Of a stretch of DNA of 29,871 nucleotides, positions 22,466 through 29,871 are shown piece by piece. Below the pieces are notes generated by a model. The model was not told the DNA's origin, searched no databases, and saw only the letters and a list, made by a program, of their open reading frames with translations. The DNA comes from a virus. The stretch lies in the IMG/VR virus record IMGVR_UViG_3300045988_052173, one strand, 5' to 3'. The position numbers and the translations under genes are program-made. Each line of letters begins with the position of its first letter. Position 1 is the stretch's first letter.

Positions 22466-23179
22466 GTGGCCAAGGACGTATGCGACATCCTCGGCCACTC
22501 AAACGCAAGCATGGCAGTCGACCGCCTCGACGACGACGAACGGGCTAAGTCCAACTTAGGGCGTCAGGGAGAAACCAACATCATCAACGAAGCTGGCCTC
22601 TACACCCTCGTACTCGGCTCCCGCAAACCGGAAGCCCATGAGTTCAAACGCTGGATCACCCACGAAGTCCTCCCGTCCATCCGCAAGACAGGCGGCTACA
22701 TTCCGGCAACCGAAGCAGACTCGGATGAAGACATCCTCGCAAAAGCCGTACTCATCGCACAAAAGACCATCGACCTCAAAAACAGACAGCTCCAAGCCAA
22801 AGATGCGCGAATCATGGAACTGGAGCCGAAAGCGCAAGCACTTGACGCTTTCACCGACATCGAAGACCGACTGCTCGTCCGCGACGCAGCAAAGATCCTT
22901 TCCAACGCCGGCACGCCAATCAGCGAAAAGCAGTTGCGCGAATGGATGGCAACCAACGACTGGATCTACAAGACCAATGGCTCATGGCATGCGACAGCGA
23001 GACACTGCACGGCCGGCCACCTCACGATGGTCATGTCCACAAAGCACGGCACCAAGGCAGACGGCACAGCATTCGCCTTTCCCCCAACCGTGCGCATCAC
23101 CCGCAAAGGATTGGCACTACTCCACAGGCACCTAGGAACAGCCAACCTGACAAACGCCCTCGAAACAACCACCCACTAA
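22466..23179 (+). CDS. BRO-N / KilAC (ANT) antirepressor-like protein; true N-terminus probably upstream of the listed GTG
   Basis: Motifs seen are FVAKDVCDILGH, INEAGLYTLVL and FKRWITHEVLPSIRKTG (BRO-N). The C-terminal KilAC-like segment reads LLVRDAAKIL...WIYK. The in-frame upstream codons (22391-22465) encode the missing BRO-N start EIQTFNFNAAPLRVLTGENGEPWF. Confidence 0.8.
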   Translation: MAKDVCDILGHSNASMAVDRLDDDERAKSNLGRQGETNIINEAGLYTLVLGSRKPEAHEFKRWITHEVLPSIRKTGGYIPATEADSDEDILAKAVLIAQKTIDLKNRQLQAKDARIMELEPKAQALDAFTDIEDRLLVRDAAKILSNAGTPISEKQLREWMATNDWIYKTNGSWHATARHCTAGHLTMVMSTKHGTKADGTAFAFPPTVRITRKGLALLHRHLGTANLTNALETTTH

Positions 23180-23201
23180 CCAACAAGAAAAGGAAACACC
23201 A

Positions 23202-23657
23202 ATGAACGATCCGCACATCATCCTCCCCTCCGCCCGCCTAGTCGCAGAACCGGAACCCAAGCAAACCAAGAACGGCACCCCATACCTCCTCATCCGCGTA
23301 GCCGCCAACGGCAGCCACAAAGACAAGCAGACAGGACAATGGGTAGACCACGACACCATGTTCGCCACCATCTTCGAATACGACCAGCGTCTCGCCACCA
23401 CCTACACCCAAAACCTCCACAAAGGCACACCGGTACGCGTCGAAGGCGACCTGAAATGGCAGACAGGCACCGACCACAACGGACAGCCACGCACCGACTT
23501 CACCATCAACTACGCGACCATCACCCTAGTCCTCAAGAAAGCCAAAACCCAACAGTCCACGCCACAGCAGCCCACACCACAACAACAGGCCGCAAACTGG
23601 GGAAACACTAACCAGCCCGACCCGTATGCACAGTTCCCCGCCGTCGACGAATGGTGA
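23202..23657 (+). CDS. ssb: Single-stranded DNA-binding protein
   Basis: OB-fold pattern ARLVAEPEPKQTKNGTPYLLIRVAAN...KGTPVRVEGDLKWQ, followed by a Q/P-rich linker and an acidic-aromatic C-terminal tip (AVDEW). Confidence 0.8.
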   Translation: MNDPHIILPSARLVAEPEPKQTKNGTPYLLIRVAANGSHKDKQTGQWVDHDTMFATIFEYDQRLATTYTQNLHKGTPVRVEGDLKWQTGTDHNGQPRTDFTINYATITLVLKKAKTQQSTPQQPTPQQQAANWGNTNQPDPYAQFPAVDEW

Positions 23658-23662
23658 AAGAA

Positions 23663-23809
23663 ATGAATACAATGAACCCCAAAAAACATCCACTCAGCTA
23701 CAAGCTAGGCACATTCTGCGCCTACCTCCTCGTCGCGATGACAACAGTCATCGGAGTGACAGGAACCATCGCCATCCTTAAACTCCTCATCGACTTCATC
23801 CTCAGCTAA
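23663..23809 (+). CDS. Small membrane protein (48 aa)
   Basis: Hand translation gives MNTMNPKKHPLSYKLGTFCAYLLVAMTTVIGVTGTIAILKLLIDFILS*. A terminator follows. The ORF falls below the track size cutoff. Confidence 0.45.
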   Translation: MNTMNPKKHPLSYKLGTFCAYLLVAMTTVIGVTGTIAILKLLIDFILS

Positions 23810-23815
23810 AAACAC

Positions 23816-23842
23816 AGCCCCACACCAACGTGGGGCTTTTTT
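23816..23842 (+). terminator. Intrinsic terminator
   Basis: AGCCCCA-8 nt-TGGGGCT followed by TTTTTT. Confidence 0.8.
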
Positions 23843-23851
23843 CAAATTAGG

Positions 23852-23857
23852 TATAAT
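23852..23857 (+). promoter_or_regulatory. TATAAT -10 box 7 nt upstream of the small-terminase ATG (no recognisable -35)
   Basis: The geometry is the same as the promoter at 22159-22164 and its ATG. The -35 position falls in the terminator T-tract. Confidence 0.45.
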
Positions 23858-23864
23858 CGGCAAC

Positions 23865-24254
23865 ATGACAGAAGTAGTAAGAGACCGCCGCGGCAGAATC
23901 GTCAGCGGAGTATGCAACCCCACAGGCAAAGGCGGCTTTCAGGAGCGCCCACAAGACCGAGGCTCATGGACCAAAGACACCAGTCCAACCCGCTGGATAC
24001 GCGAATACAGCAAGCTCACCATATCGGAAATCAACGAAAAAGTAAAAGATCCGGACCTGACGATGGTGCAGCGAATCGCCATCAAACATGTCCTCAATGC
24101 ATACAAGGACCCACACGTCACGACCGACTACATCGACCGACTCGACGGCAAGGCCCGCCAATCCACCGACGTGAACGTCACCGGCTACGAACCGCCGACC
24201 ATCACGCTCGAAGTCTTCGACGACAACCCCGAAAACACCAAGGACAACCAGTAA
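23865..24254 (+). CDS. Putative terminase small subunit
   Basis: 129 aa, immediately upstream of the large terminase. The N-terminal NPTGKGGFQERPQDRG motif resembles small-terminase N-termini. Confidence 0.6.
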   Translation: MTEVVRDRRGRIVSGVCNPTGKGGFQERPQDRGSWTKDTSPTRWIREYSKLTISEINEKVKDPDLTMVQRIAIKHVLNAYKDPHVTTDYIDRLDGKARQSTDVNVTGYEPPTITLEVFDDNPENTKDNQ

Positions 24255-24273
24255 AAGCACATAGACCGGACTC

Positions 24274-25533
24274 ATGCAGATAGCAAGACCATACCGCGAC
24301 CTATGGTGGTGGCTCCACACGGAGACGCCACCATATCGTTATTACTGCTATTCCGGAGGCCGAGCCTCAGGCAAAAGCACCGCAGTCGCGCAAAGCCTCA
24401 TCCTCCGAGCCTCTGTCCAGCCAATCACCGTCCTCTGCGCCCGTGAATTCCAGAACTCCATCACCGACTCCGTCTACAAGCTCCTCACCGGCACCATCGA
24501 AAAATTCGGATTGCAAGGTTTCGAAATCAGACGTGACGGCATCGGCCACATCAACGGGAGCAGTTTCATCTTCCGAGGCTTGCATGACAACCTCCAATCC
24601 ATCAAAAGCATCGAAGGAGTCGACGTCTGCTGGGTCGAGGAAGCACAGACCATCAGCAAGGCGAGCCTGACTACACTCATCCCGACCATCCGTAAGACCA
24701 ACTCCACACTGATCTTCACGTGGAACCCGCTCACCAGCCACGACCCCGTCTGGACATACTTTGTCTCCACGGATTCAGAGGAACGACTACGTCAGACCTG
24801 TCACTGGCACACCACCTTCAACGACGTGCGACGACTCCTCAGCCAAGACGTCCTCGACATGGTCGAAGCCGACAAGCAGACAGCCGACTACGGACACGTC
24901 TGGCTCGGCCTCCCATACGCCGATACGGACAACCAGCTCATCAGCGACACCATGATCAACGAAGCCATCCGACGCGAGGCATCCGACGGACCCACGACCT
25001 TCGGCGTCGACGTCGCACGCTACGGCAACGACCGCACCGCCCTCACCATCAAGACCGGCAACCGTATCGAAACACTCGAATCATGGACGCACGCAAGCAT
25101 CGTCGACACAGTCGAACGAATCAGACTACACGCATCCCAACACCATCCGATCGACATTCGCGTCGACGACACAGGCGTCGGCGGTGGAGTCACCGACCTA
25201 CTCAAAACATACGGACTGCCAGTCACCGGCATCAACTACGCCGGCAAAGCCAAAGATCCACAATATCCAAACATCGCCTCGGAACTGTGGTTCGACTTCG
25301 CCTCCATGCTCCCCCAGCTCAGCATCAACCCGCAGATCTCCGACCTCCCCAAACTCACCACCGAACTCACCACACGCAAATGGCACATAACAAGCCGCAA
25401 CCAACGGCAAATCGAAAGCAAACAGGATTACAAGGACTCCACGAACCTCGGAAGCCCCGACCTCGCCGACAGTCTGCTCCTTGCCTGTTATGAGCCACCG
25501 AAACTCCCATCATGGGACGTCGTAGTATGCTAA
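24274..25533 (+). CDS. terL: Terminase large subunit (PBSX/Terminase_3-like)
   Basis: Walker A is SGGRASGKST and the Walker B-like motif is VDVCWVEEAQ. The C-terminal nuclease region contains DDTGVGGGVTD. Confidence 0.9.
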   Translation: MQIARPYRDLWWWLHTETPPYRYYCYSGGRASGKSTAVAQSLILRASVQPITVLCAREFQNSITDSVYKLLTGTIEKFGLQGFEIRRDGIGHINGSSFIFRGLHDNLQSIKSIEGVDVCWVEEAQTISKASLTTLIPTIRKTNSTLIFTWNPLTSHDPVWTYFVSTDSEERLRQTCHWHTTFNDVRRLLSQDVLDMVEADKQTADYGHVWLGLPYADTDNQLISDTMINEAIRREASDGPTTFGVDVARYGNDRTALTIKTGNRIETLESWTHASIVDTVERIRLHASQHHPIDIRVDDTGVGGGVTDLLKTYGLPVTGINYAGKAKDPQYPNIASELWFDFASMLPQLSINPQISDLPKLTTELTTRKWHITSRNQRQIESKQDYKDSTNLGSPDLADSLLLACYEPPKLPSWDVVVC

Positions 25534-25592
25534 ACAACACCCACTGAGCTAAACTATGAAACATACAACATACCACTACAAAACGAGGCAAA

Positions 25593-27686
25593 TTGACCAT
25601 TCTCAGCAACCTACGCTCAGGCTTCACGAACGCATTCGGCCGCGCCGACGCACCACACTCGACGCCAACACCAGCCGGCGGCAACGCATGGCAGCCAATG
25701 GGCGGCAACACCATCCCCATGCATGACATCTACGACAACATCTTCCCCTATGTCAACGCCATCGCGCAACGCTTCAGCACCATCATTCCCTACGCCGTCA
25801 CAGCTGACGGTAGAAAACTCGACACCGCCCCCGCAGCATTAAACGCACTATACGCACCGAACGACACCTACAGCTGCTTGGAATTCCTGAAGCTCATCGC
25901 CTCCGGCATGCTCACCCAATCCCACGTCGACATCCTCGTCTGGACGACGGAAGGCCCCGGCGGCAACATCACCCCGGACAACATCACCGGCTACACCATC
26001 CTCCCGGCAAACAGCCGCGTATACAACGACAGTCGCAGCGACTGGTACCATCACGTGACCATGGACCTCGGCAACGGTCCACAACCCTACGAATTCACCC
26101 GCGACGAAACCATCTCACTAAGCTACAGCCGTCACCCGAACGACCCCCCCCGCGGTATCAGCCCCGCCATGACCATCAAAAAATGGGCCAACGTCGACGA
26201 CATGATCGCAGACTACGAGCGCGGCTTCTTCGGCAACAACGCCGTACCCGCCGGCATGCTCGGCATCGTCTCCGAAAACGCCGAAGACTTCCAACGCAAC
26301 CGCGCACGCCTCGAAGAAACCTTCCGCGGAGCCGGCAACAACAACGGCATCGTCTACAACATGGTCCCAGTCGACCCGACCACCCATAAGCCAAGCCAAA
26401 CCAGCAAACTCGTCTGGGTCCCATTCCAGAACTCCAACGACACGCTCGACTTGCAAACCGTATCCGACGTAGTCAACAACCGCTTGGCCAACGCGCTCGC
26501 CGTCCCCGACATAGTACGAGGCATCGACAATGGCCAAACCTACGCCAACGCCGAAATGGCCGAACGCTCCTTCATCGAAAACACCCTCAAACCCCTCTGC
26601 ATGACCGTATGGGACAAATGGCAGTTCGAACTCGACCGCATCACCGGAGGACTCGGCTACGGAATCACCTTCGACCTCGACCTACCGGCACAGACCGAAG
26701 TCGAGAAAGCACAGGCGGAAACCCAACAGATCCGTGTCAACAGCCTCATCCAACTCGTCAACATGGGAGCCACGGTCGAAAGCGCAGTCGACGCACTAGG
26801 ACTCCCCGACCCCTACAAGCGACTCACCCTCCACAAAACCGACACAACCCCACTATCCTCCACCTCCCAAAAAAGAACCATCACGAAAGCCGCCAAAAAA
26901 ACAGACGACACGACAACCGAAAACCGGATACTGCCAGCGACCCGCACCTACATCGATAGGATCATCCGCCTCACCCGCCGCTCCCAAAACGGACTGAAAG
27001 ACGACCTCGAAACCATCGGCCGCCAATGGGTCAACGACGTGGAAGACACCCTCATCGCCCACCTCACCGAATACGCGCACAAAACCGGCATGAAACTCGA
27101 ACAGGTCATCACCGCATGGGCCGAACTCCACCCGGAAAACCCCATCGCCGTCGACATCCAGTCCTACACGACAACCGACTGGAAGAAACTCTACGACTGG
27201 ACCACCCTACCCGACGACATCATGACGGCCTACGAGACCCACCTACAGGAGATAGCCAACACAACATCCAAAACCATCACCAACAAAACCTTGGAACTAC
27301 TGAACCGAGCCGACTCGGAACAATGGGACGCACGACGACTACAAAACGAGCTCGCACGCTTCGGAAACGAACACGCCGAACTCATCGCCCGCTGCGAAAC
27401 CGTCCAATCACAGAGGCTCGGAAGCCTGTACAGCGCCCGTAACCTCAGCGAAACATTGGGCGTCAGACTCCACAAGGTATGGCGTACCACCGGAGACAGC
27501 AACACATGCGACTTCTGCCAACACATGGAAGGCACCACAATACCGCTAGACTCCACCTACATGGAAAAGGACGCGGTCGTCAACATCGGCGACCACTCCT
27601 ACACCAACAGCTTCGAAACCATGGCCACGCCAAACGGTCACCCACGATGCCGCTGCTACGAAGACTATGAAGTGGCGGAAGACTAA
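25593..27686 (+). CDS. Portal protein fused to a Mu F / SPP1 gp7-like minor head protein domain
   Basis: 697 aa with a TTG start and GAGG 5 nt upstream. The position after terL fits a portal. The C-terminal motif is WRTTGDSNTCDFCQHMEG...NGHPRCRCYE. Confidence 0.8.
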   Translation: MTILSNLRSGFTNAFGRADAPHSTPTPAGGNAWQPMGGNTIPMHDIYDNIFPYVNAIAQRFSTIIPYAVTADGRKLDTAPAALNALYAPNDTYSCLEFLKLIASGMLTQSHVDILVWTTEGPGGNITPDNITGYTILPANSRVYNDSRSDWYHHVTMDLGNGPQPYEFTRDETISLSYSRHPNDPPRGISPAMTIKKWANVDDMIADYERGFFGNNAVPAGMLGIVSENAEDFQRNRARLEETFRGAGNNNGIVYNMVPVDPTTHKPSQTSKLVWVPFQNSNDTLDLQTVSDVVNNRLANALAVPDIVRGIDNGQTYANAEMAERSFIENTLKPLCMTVWDKWQFELDRITGGLGYGITFDLDLPAQTEVEKAQAETQQIRVNSLIQLVNMGATVESAVDALGLPDPYKRLTLHKTDTTPLSSTSQKRTITKAAKKTDDTTTENRILPATRTYIDRIIRLTRRSQNGLKDDLETIGRQWVNDVEDTLIAHLTEYAHKTGMKLEQVITAWAELHPENPIAVDIQSYTTTDWKKLYDWTTLPDDIMTAYETHLQEIANTTSKTITNKTLELLNRADSEQWDARRLQNELARFGNEHAELIARCETVQSQRLGSLYSARNLSETLGVRLHKVWRTTGDSNTCDFCQHMEGTTIPLDSTYMEKDAVVNIGDHSYTNSFETMATPNGHPRCRCYEDYEVAED

Positions 27687-27705
27687 GCCACTGCATCTAG
27701 CATCG

Positions 27706-27714
27706 TGATATTAT
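27706..27714 (+). promoter_or_regulatory. Extended -10 promoter TGaTATTAT upstream of the capsid gene
   Basis: The nonamer is identical to the minus-strand promoter at 21900-21908. Confidence 0.45.
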
Positions 27715-27715
27715 A

Positions 27716-27758
27716 GTGCTCGTCAGAAACATCAACCACTGGTGTCACTGACGAGCAC
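27716..27758 (+). promoter_or_regulatory. 11-bp stem-loop in the capsid gene leader
   Basis: GTGCTCGTCAG (27716-27726) pairs with CTGACGAGCAC (27748-27758). No U-run follows. Confidence 0.5.
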
Positions 27759-27782
27759 CACTGTCTAATCCGGAAGGATCGT

Positions 27783-29594
27783 ATGAAGATTCGAAAGAGT
27801 CTAACTCACGGCGGTGCCGCTGAAACCGAAGGCCGGACCCTCACATTCCTCGCCAACTCCGGCAAGGTAATGTGCGGCGGACTCACCGTGGACCTCGACA
27901 CGCTCAAAGCCCCACTCATCGACGGGACCCTGAAACTCGTGTCCGGACTCGACGAATCCGACCAGCTTTCGCTCCCCCTCCTCATCGACCACATCCCAAG
28001 CGTCGAAGCACAAGCCGGCACCATCACCCGCCTGTGGACGACCAGCGACGGACTCATGGCCGAAGCGAGACTCAGCGAAGTCGACAACGGGGAACGTGTC
28101 CGCCAGCTAGCAGCCGACGGATGCCTGACCAACAGTTTCAGCATCACCGTTGAATTCACCAAACAGCCCGGCAACGACGGCATCATCCACAACGGCGAAC
28201 TGGTCGAAATCAGCGTCGTCTACCGTGGAGCCGACCCACGAGCCGCCTTCACCTCAATCAACAACCGAAATGGAGACACCATGCATCCTGACCTCATGAA
28301 CAAGCTGGCACGTACCGTCGCCGAGTTCAAACTCACCCCGGACGAAGCCGCTAACCTGACCTCGTCCATCACCGATATCATGCAGAACGCCGTCGACGAC
28401 ATCACCGAAGCAGTCGACGACCAGACCTCCGCCAACGAAGGAGACACCACAGTGAACACTGCCCCGGAAGAACCCGTCCAGTCCGCCAACAAGCGACCGC
28501 TCGTCATCATCAACAAGAGCAACCGTGCCGCCAAGCAGTCCGGTGTCGCTTCCTTCTCCCACTCCCGTGAAACGTGGCTTGACTCCCCGGACGCCATGGC
28601 CGCGTTCGAACGCACCCTCATCGACAACGACAACAAGGGCGTGGAAGCATTCCACAAGGAATGGGCCGACACCGTGTCCCGTAACATGGCCGACACCGCA
28701 TCCTTCGGTGTAGGCGCAAACGACGTGGACAAGTTCATCCCGACCGAAGCCATCACCACCATCAGCGACGCGTTGAACACGCGCGGCAGCGGCCTGTGGA
28801 ACCTGTTCCGTAAGACCGGCATGGACCGTCTCACCATCGGCGGTAACGTCCTCGGCCTGTCCGACGCGACCCGCGCACACGGCTACCCGGTCGCCTCCTA
28901 CGGCACCAAGAAGAAGGAACAGACCCCGTCCTTCGTGAAGCGTGAACTGACCGCCGACTACACGTATAAGTACATCACCCTGAACAAGGGTGATATCCGT
29001 CGTACGCAGAAGCCGGGCGCACTCCTCCGCTACATCCTCTCCGAACTGCCGAACTACATCATCCAGACCATCGAACGTCAGGTCGTGCTCGGCGGCTATG
29101 AGGACATGGCACACTTCCGTTCCATCACCGTCGACGCGGCCGACAAGTCCTCCGAATGGGCCGGCAATAAGTTCGCCCTCTCCTACACACTGACCGAGGA
29201 CACGCCGCTCATGGGCTTCGTGAAGGCTTCCCACATGGTCCGCGCACAGGGCAACAAGGTCCTCGTCTGCAACGCGGACACGGTAGCCGACCTCCTCATG
29301 AGCGCCAACGCGAACGGCAACACGTACATCGCCCTCGGCGGTGACGACACCCTCGCCCGCGCTCTCGGCGTCTCCCAGATCATCACCCCGGAATGGTGGA
29401 CTGCGGAAGACGACAAGAAGGTCGCCGGTGTCGTCATGAGCGCTTCCCACTATGCGCTCGTCGGCGACACTTCCGTCGAATCGTTCACGAACTTCGCATT
29501 GCAGACCAACACCAACGAATACCTCCAGGAAATTTACGCTGGTGGCGGTTTGGATGCTGAAAAGTCCGCAGTGGTCATCAATCCGAAGGCCTGA
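27783..29594 (+). CDS. Prohead protease (HK97 S78/U35-like) fused to an HK97-fold major capsid protein
   Basis: 603 aa. The N-terminus (LPLLIDH...AGTITRLW...SFSITVEF...[16 protein letters not shown]) matches the prohead protease pattern. The middle is acidic and coiled, like a scaffold. The C-terminal ~300 aa look capsid-like. Confidence 0.8.
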   Translation: MKIRKSLTHGGAAETEGRTLTFLANSGKVMCGGLTVDLDTLKAPLIDGTLKLVSGLDESDQLSLPLLIDHIPSVEAQAGTITRLWTTSDGLMAEARLSEVDNGERVRQLAADGCLTNSFSITVEFTKQPGNDGIIHNGELVEISVVYRGADPRAAFTSINNRNGDTMHPDLMNKLARTVAEFKLTPDEAANLTSSITDIMQNAVDDITEAVDDQTSANEGDTTVNTAPEEPVQSANKRPLVIINKSNRAAKQSGVASFSHSRETWLDSPDAMAAFERTLIDNDNKGVEAFHKEWADTVSRNMADTASFGVGANDVDKFIPTEAITTISDALNTRGSGLWNLFRKTGMDRLTIGGNVLGLSDATRAHGYPVASYGTKKKEQTPSFVKRELTADYTYKYITLNKGDIRRTQKPGALLRYILSELPNYIIQTIERQVVLGGYEDMAHFRSITVDAADKSSEWAGNKFALSYTLTEDTPLMGFVKASHMVRAQGNKVLVCNADTVADLLMSANANGNTYIALGGDDTLARALGVSQIITPEWWTAEDDKKVAGVVMSASHYALVGDTSVESFTNFALQTNTNEYLQEIYAGGGLDAEKSAVVINPKA

Positions 29595-29596
29595 TA

Positions 29597-29871
29597 ATGA
29601 ACTCTGAAATGTATTCTCGAATCGGTGGCAAGGCGCTGCCGGAAGATAATCTGAACACGGTCAAGGTCATCAACTTCGTGGACGAGGAAGGGCAGCCGGT
29701 GGCTTTTGGCCAGGGCCCCGCTGGTCCTAAGGGTGACGTCGGTCCGACTGGCCCCGCTGGTCCTAAGGGTGACGTCGGCCCGACTGGCCCCGCTGGTCCT
29801 AAGGGTGACGTCGGCCCGACTGGCCCCGCTGGTCCTAAGGGTGACGTCGGTCCGACTGGCCCCGCTGGTCC
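29597..29871 (+). CDS. Collagen-like repeat protein, 5' portion (continues at nt 56..170 after removing the overlap)
   Basis: The sequence is [39 protein letters not shown] followed by ([12 protein letters not shown])x4 and then GPAGP.., running off the window end. Confidence 0.8.
   Translation, partial: MNSEMYSRIGGKALPEDNLNTVKVINFVDEEGQPVAFGQGPAGPKGDVGPTGPAGPKGDVGPTGPAGPKGDVGPTGPAGPKGDVGPTGPAG
29714..29871 (+). repeat. 36-bp tandem repeat (4.4 copies) encoding [12 protein letters not shown]
   Basis: Units start at 29714, 29750, 29786, 29822 and 29858. They differ only by a synonymous ggt/ggc change. Confidence 0.95.

Larger units (their letters stand above)
1..29871. mobile_element. Complete circularly closed tailed-phage genome (siphovirus-like, ~29,816 bp unique)
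   Basis: Contains a full packaging/head/tail/lysis module plus a replication/recombination module. Tape measure is present but no sheath gene. The first 55 nt equal the last 55 nt, so the contig closes on itself. Confidence 0.9.

Noticed and set aside
29817-29871. The identical 55-nt ends considered as genuine direct terminal repeats or cos ends of the virion DNA.
   Set aside because: The identity lies inside an in-frame coding tandem repeat. Simple end-to-end joining breaks the reading frame, whereas merging the overlap restores it. This fits an assembly overlap of a circular or permuted genome, and the PBSX-type terminase suggests headful packaging.

Overview
The window is a complete, circularly closed genome of a siphovirus-like dsDNA phage. 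About 29,816 bp are unique: nt 1-55 are identical to nt 29817-29871, and the break falls inside a collagen-like repeat gene that wraps the window ends.

Plus strand, 22.1 kb through the wrap to 11.2 kb:
- Regulators: a leaderless HTH_17 regulator, a BRO-N/KilAC antirepressor-like protein, SSB and a small membrane protein.
- Packaging and head: small and large terminase, a portal-MuF fusion, a prohead protease-major capsid fusion and the collagen-like protein.
- Tail: connector, head-closure and gp10-like proteins, a tail-completion protein, a major tail protein with a Big_2 domain, a chaperone pair, tape measure, Dit-like and Tal-like proteins, a fibre with an S74 chaperone domain and a putative receptor-binding protein.
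- Lysis: a small hydrophobic ORF, an amidase_2 plus PG-binding endolysin and a 2-TM holin.

Minus strand:
- 11.25-19.44 kb carries replication and recombination genes: DnaD-like pieces, a replisome organizer, a DnaC-like loader, DUF3310, ERF, a YqaJ exonuclease, a glutaredoxin-like protein, a DUF1360-like membrane protein and wHTH and XRE regulators. Terminator/promoter cassettes punctuate this block.
- 20.74-21.84 kb is a separate unit with DUF1064, dUTPase and a small membrane protein.

I found no integrase, CI-like repressor, DNA polymerase, tRNA, rRNA or CRISPR array.

Most notable observations:
1. A very strong two-domain strand compositional asymmetry that ignores gene orientation. It switches inside the tape-measure gene and again near 19 kb.
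2. A ~1.2 kb ORF-free island at 19.44-20.66 kb with many strong helices, a plus-strand intrinsic terminator and an adjacent iteron array. I read this as a candidate large structured RNA plus origin.
3. A consensus promoter feeding straight into a 12-bp terminator, which could be an sRNA or an antitermination switch.
4. Two TATAAT-N7-ATG leaderless gene starts.
5. A BRO-N gene with no canonical start codon.

All functional calls rest on motif recognition by eye and on gene order. No database search was run.
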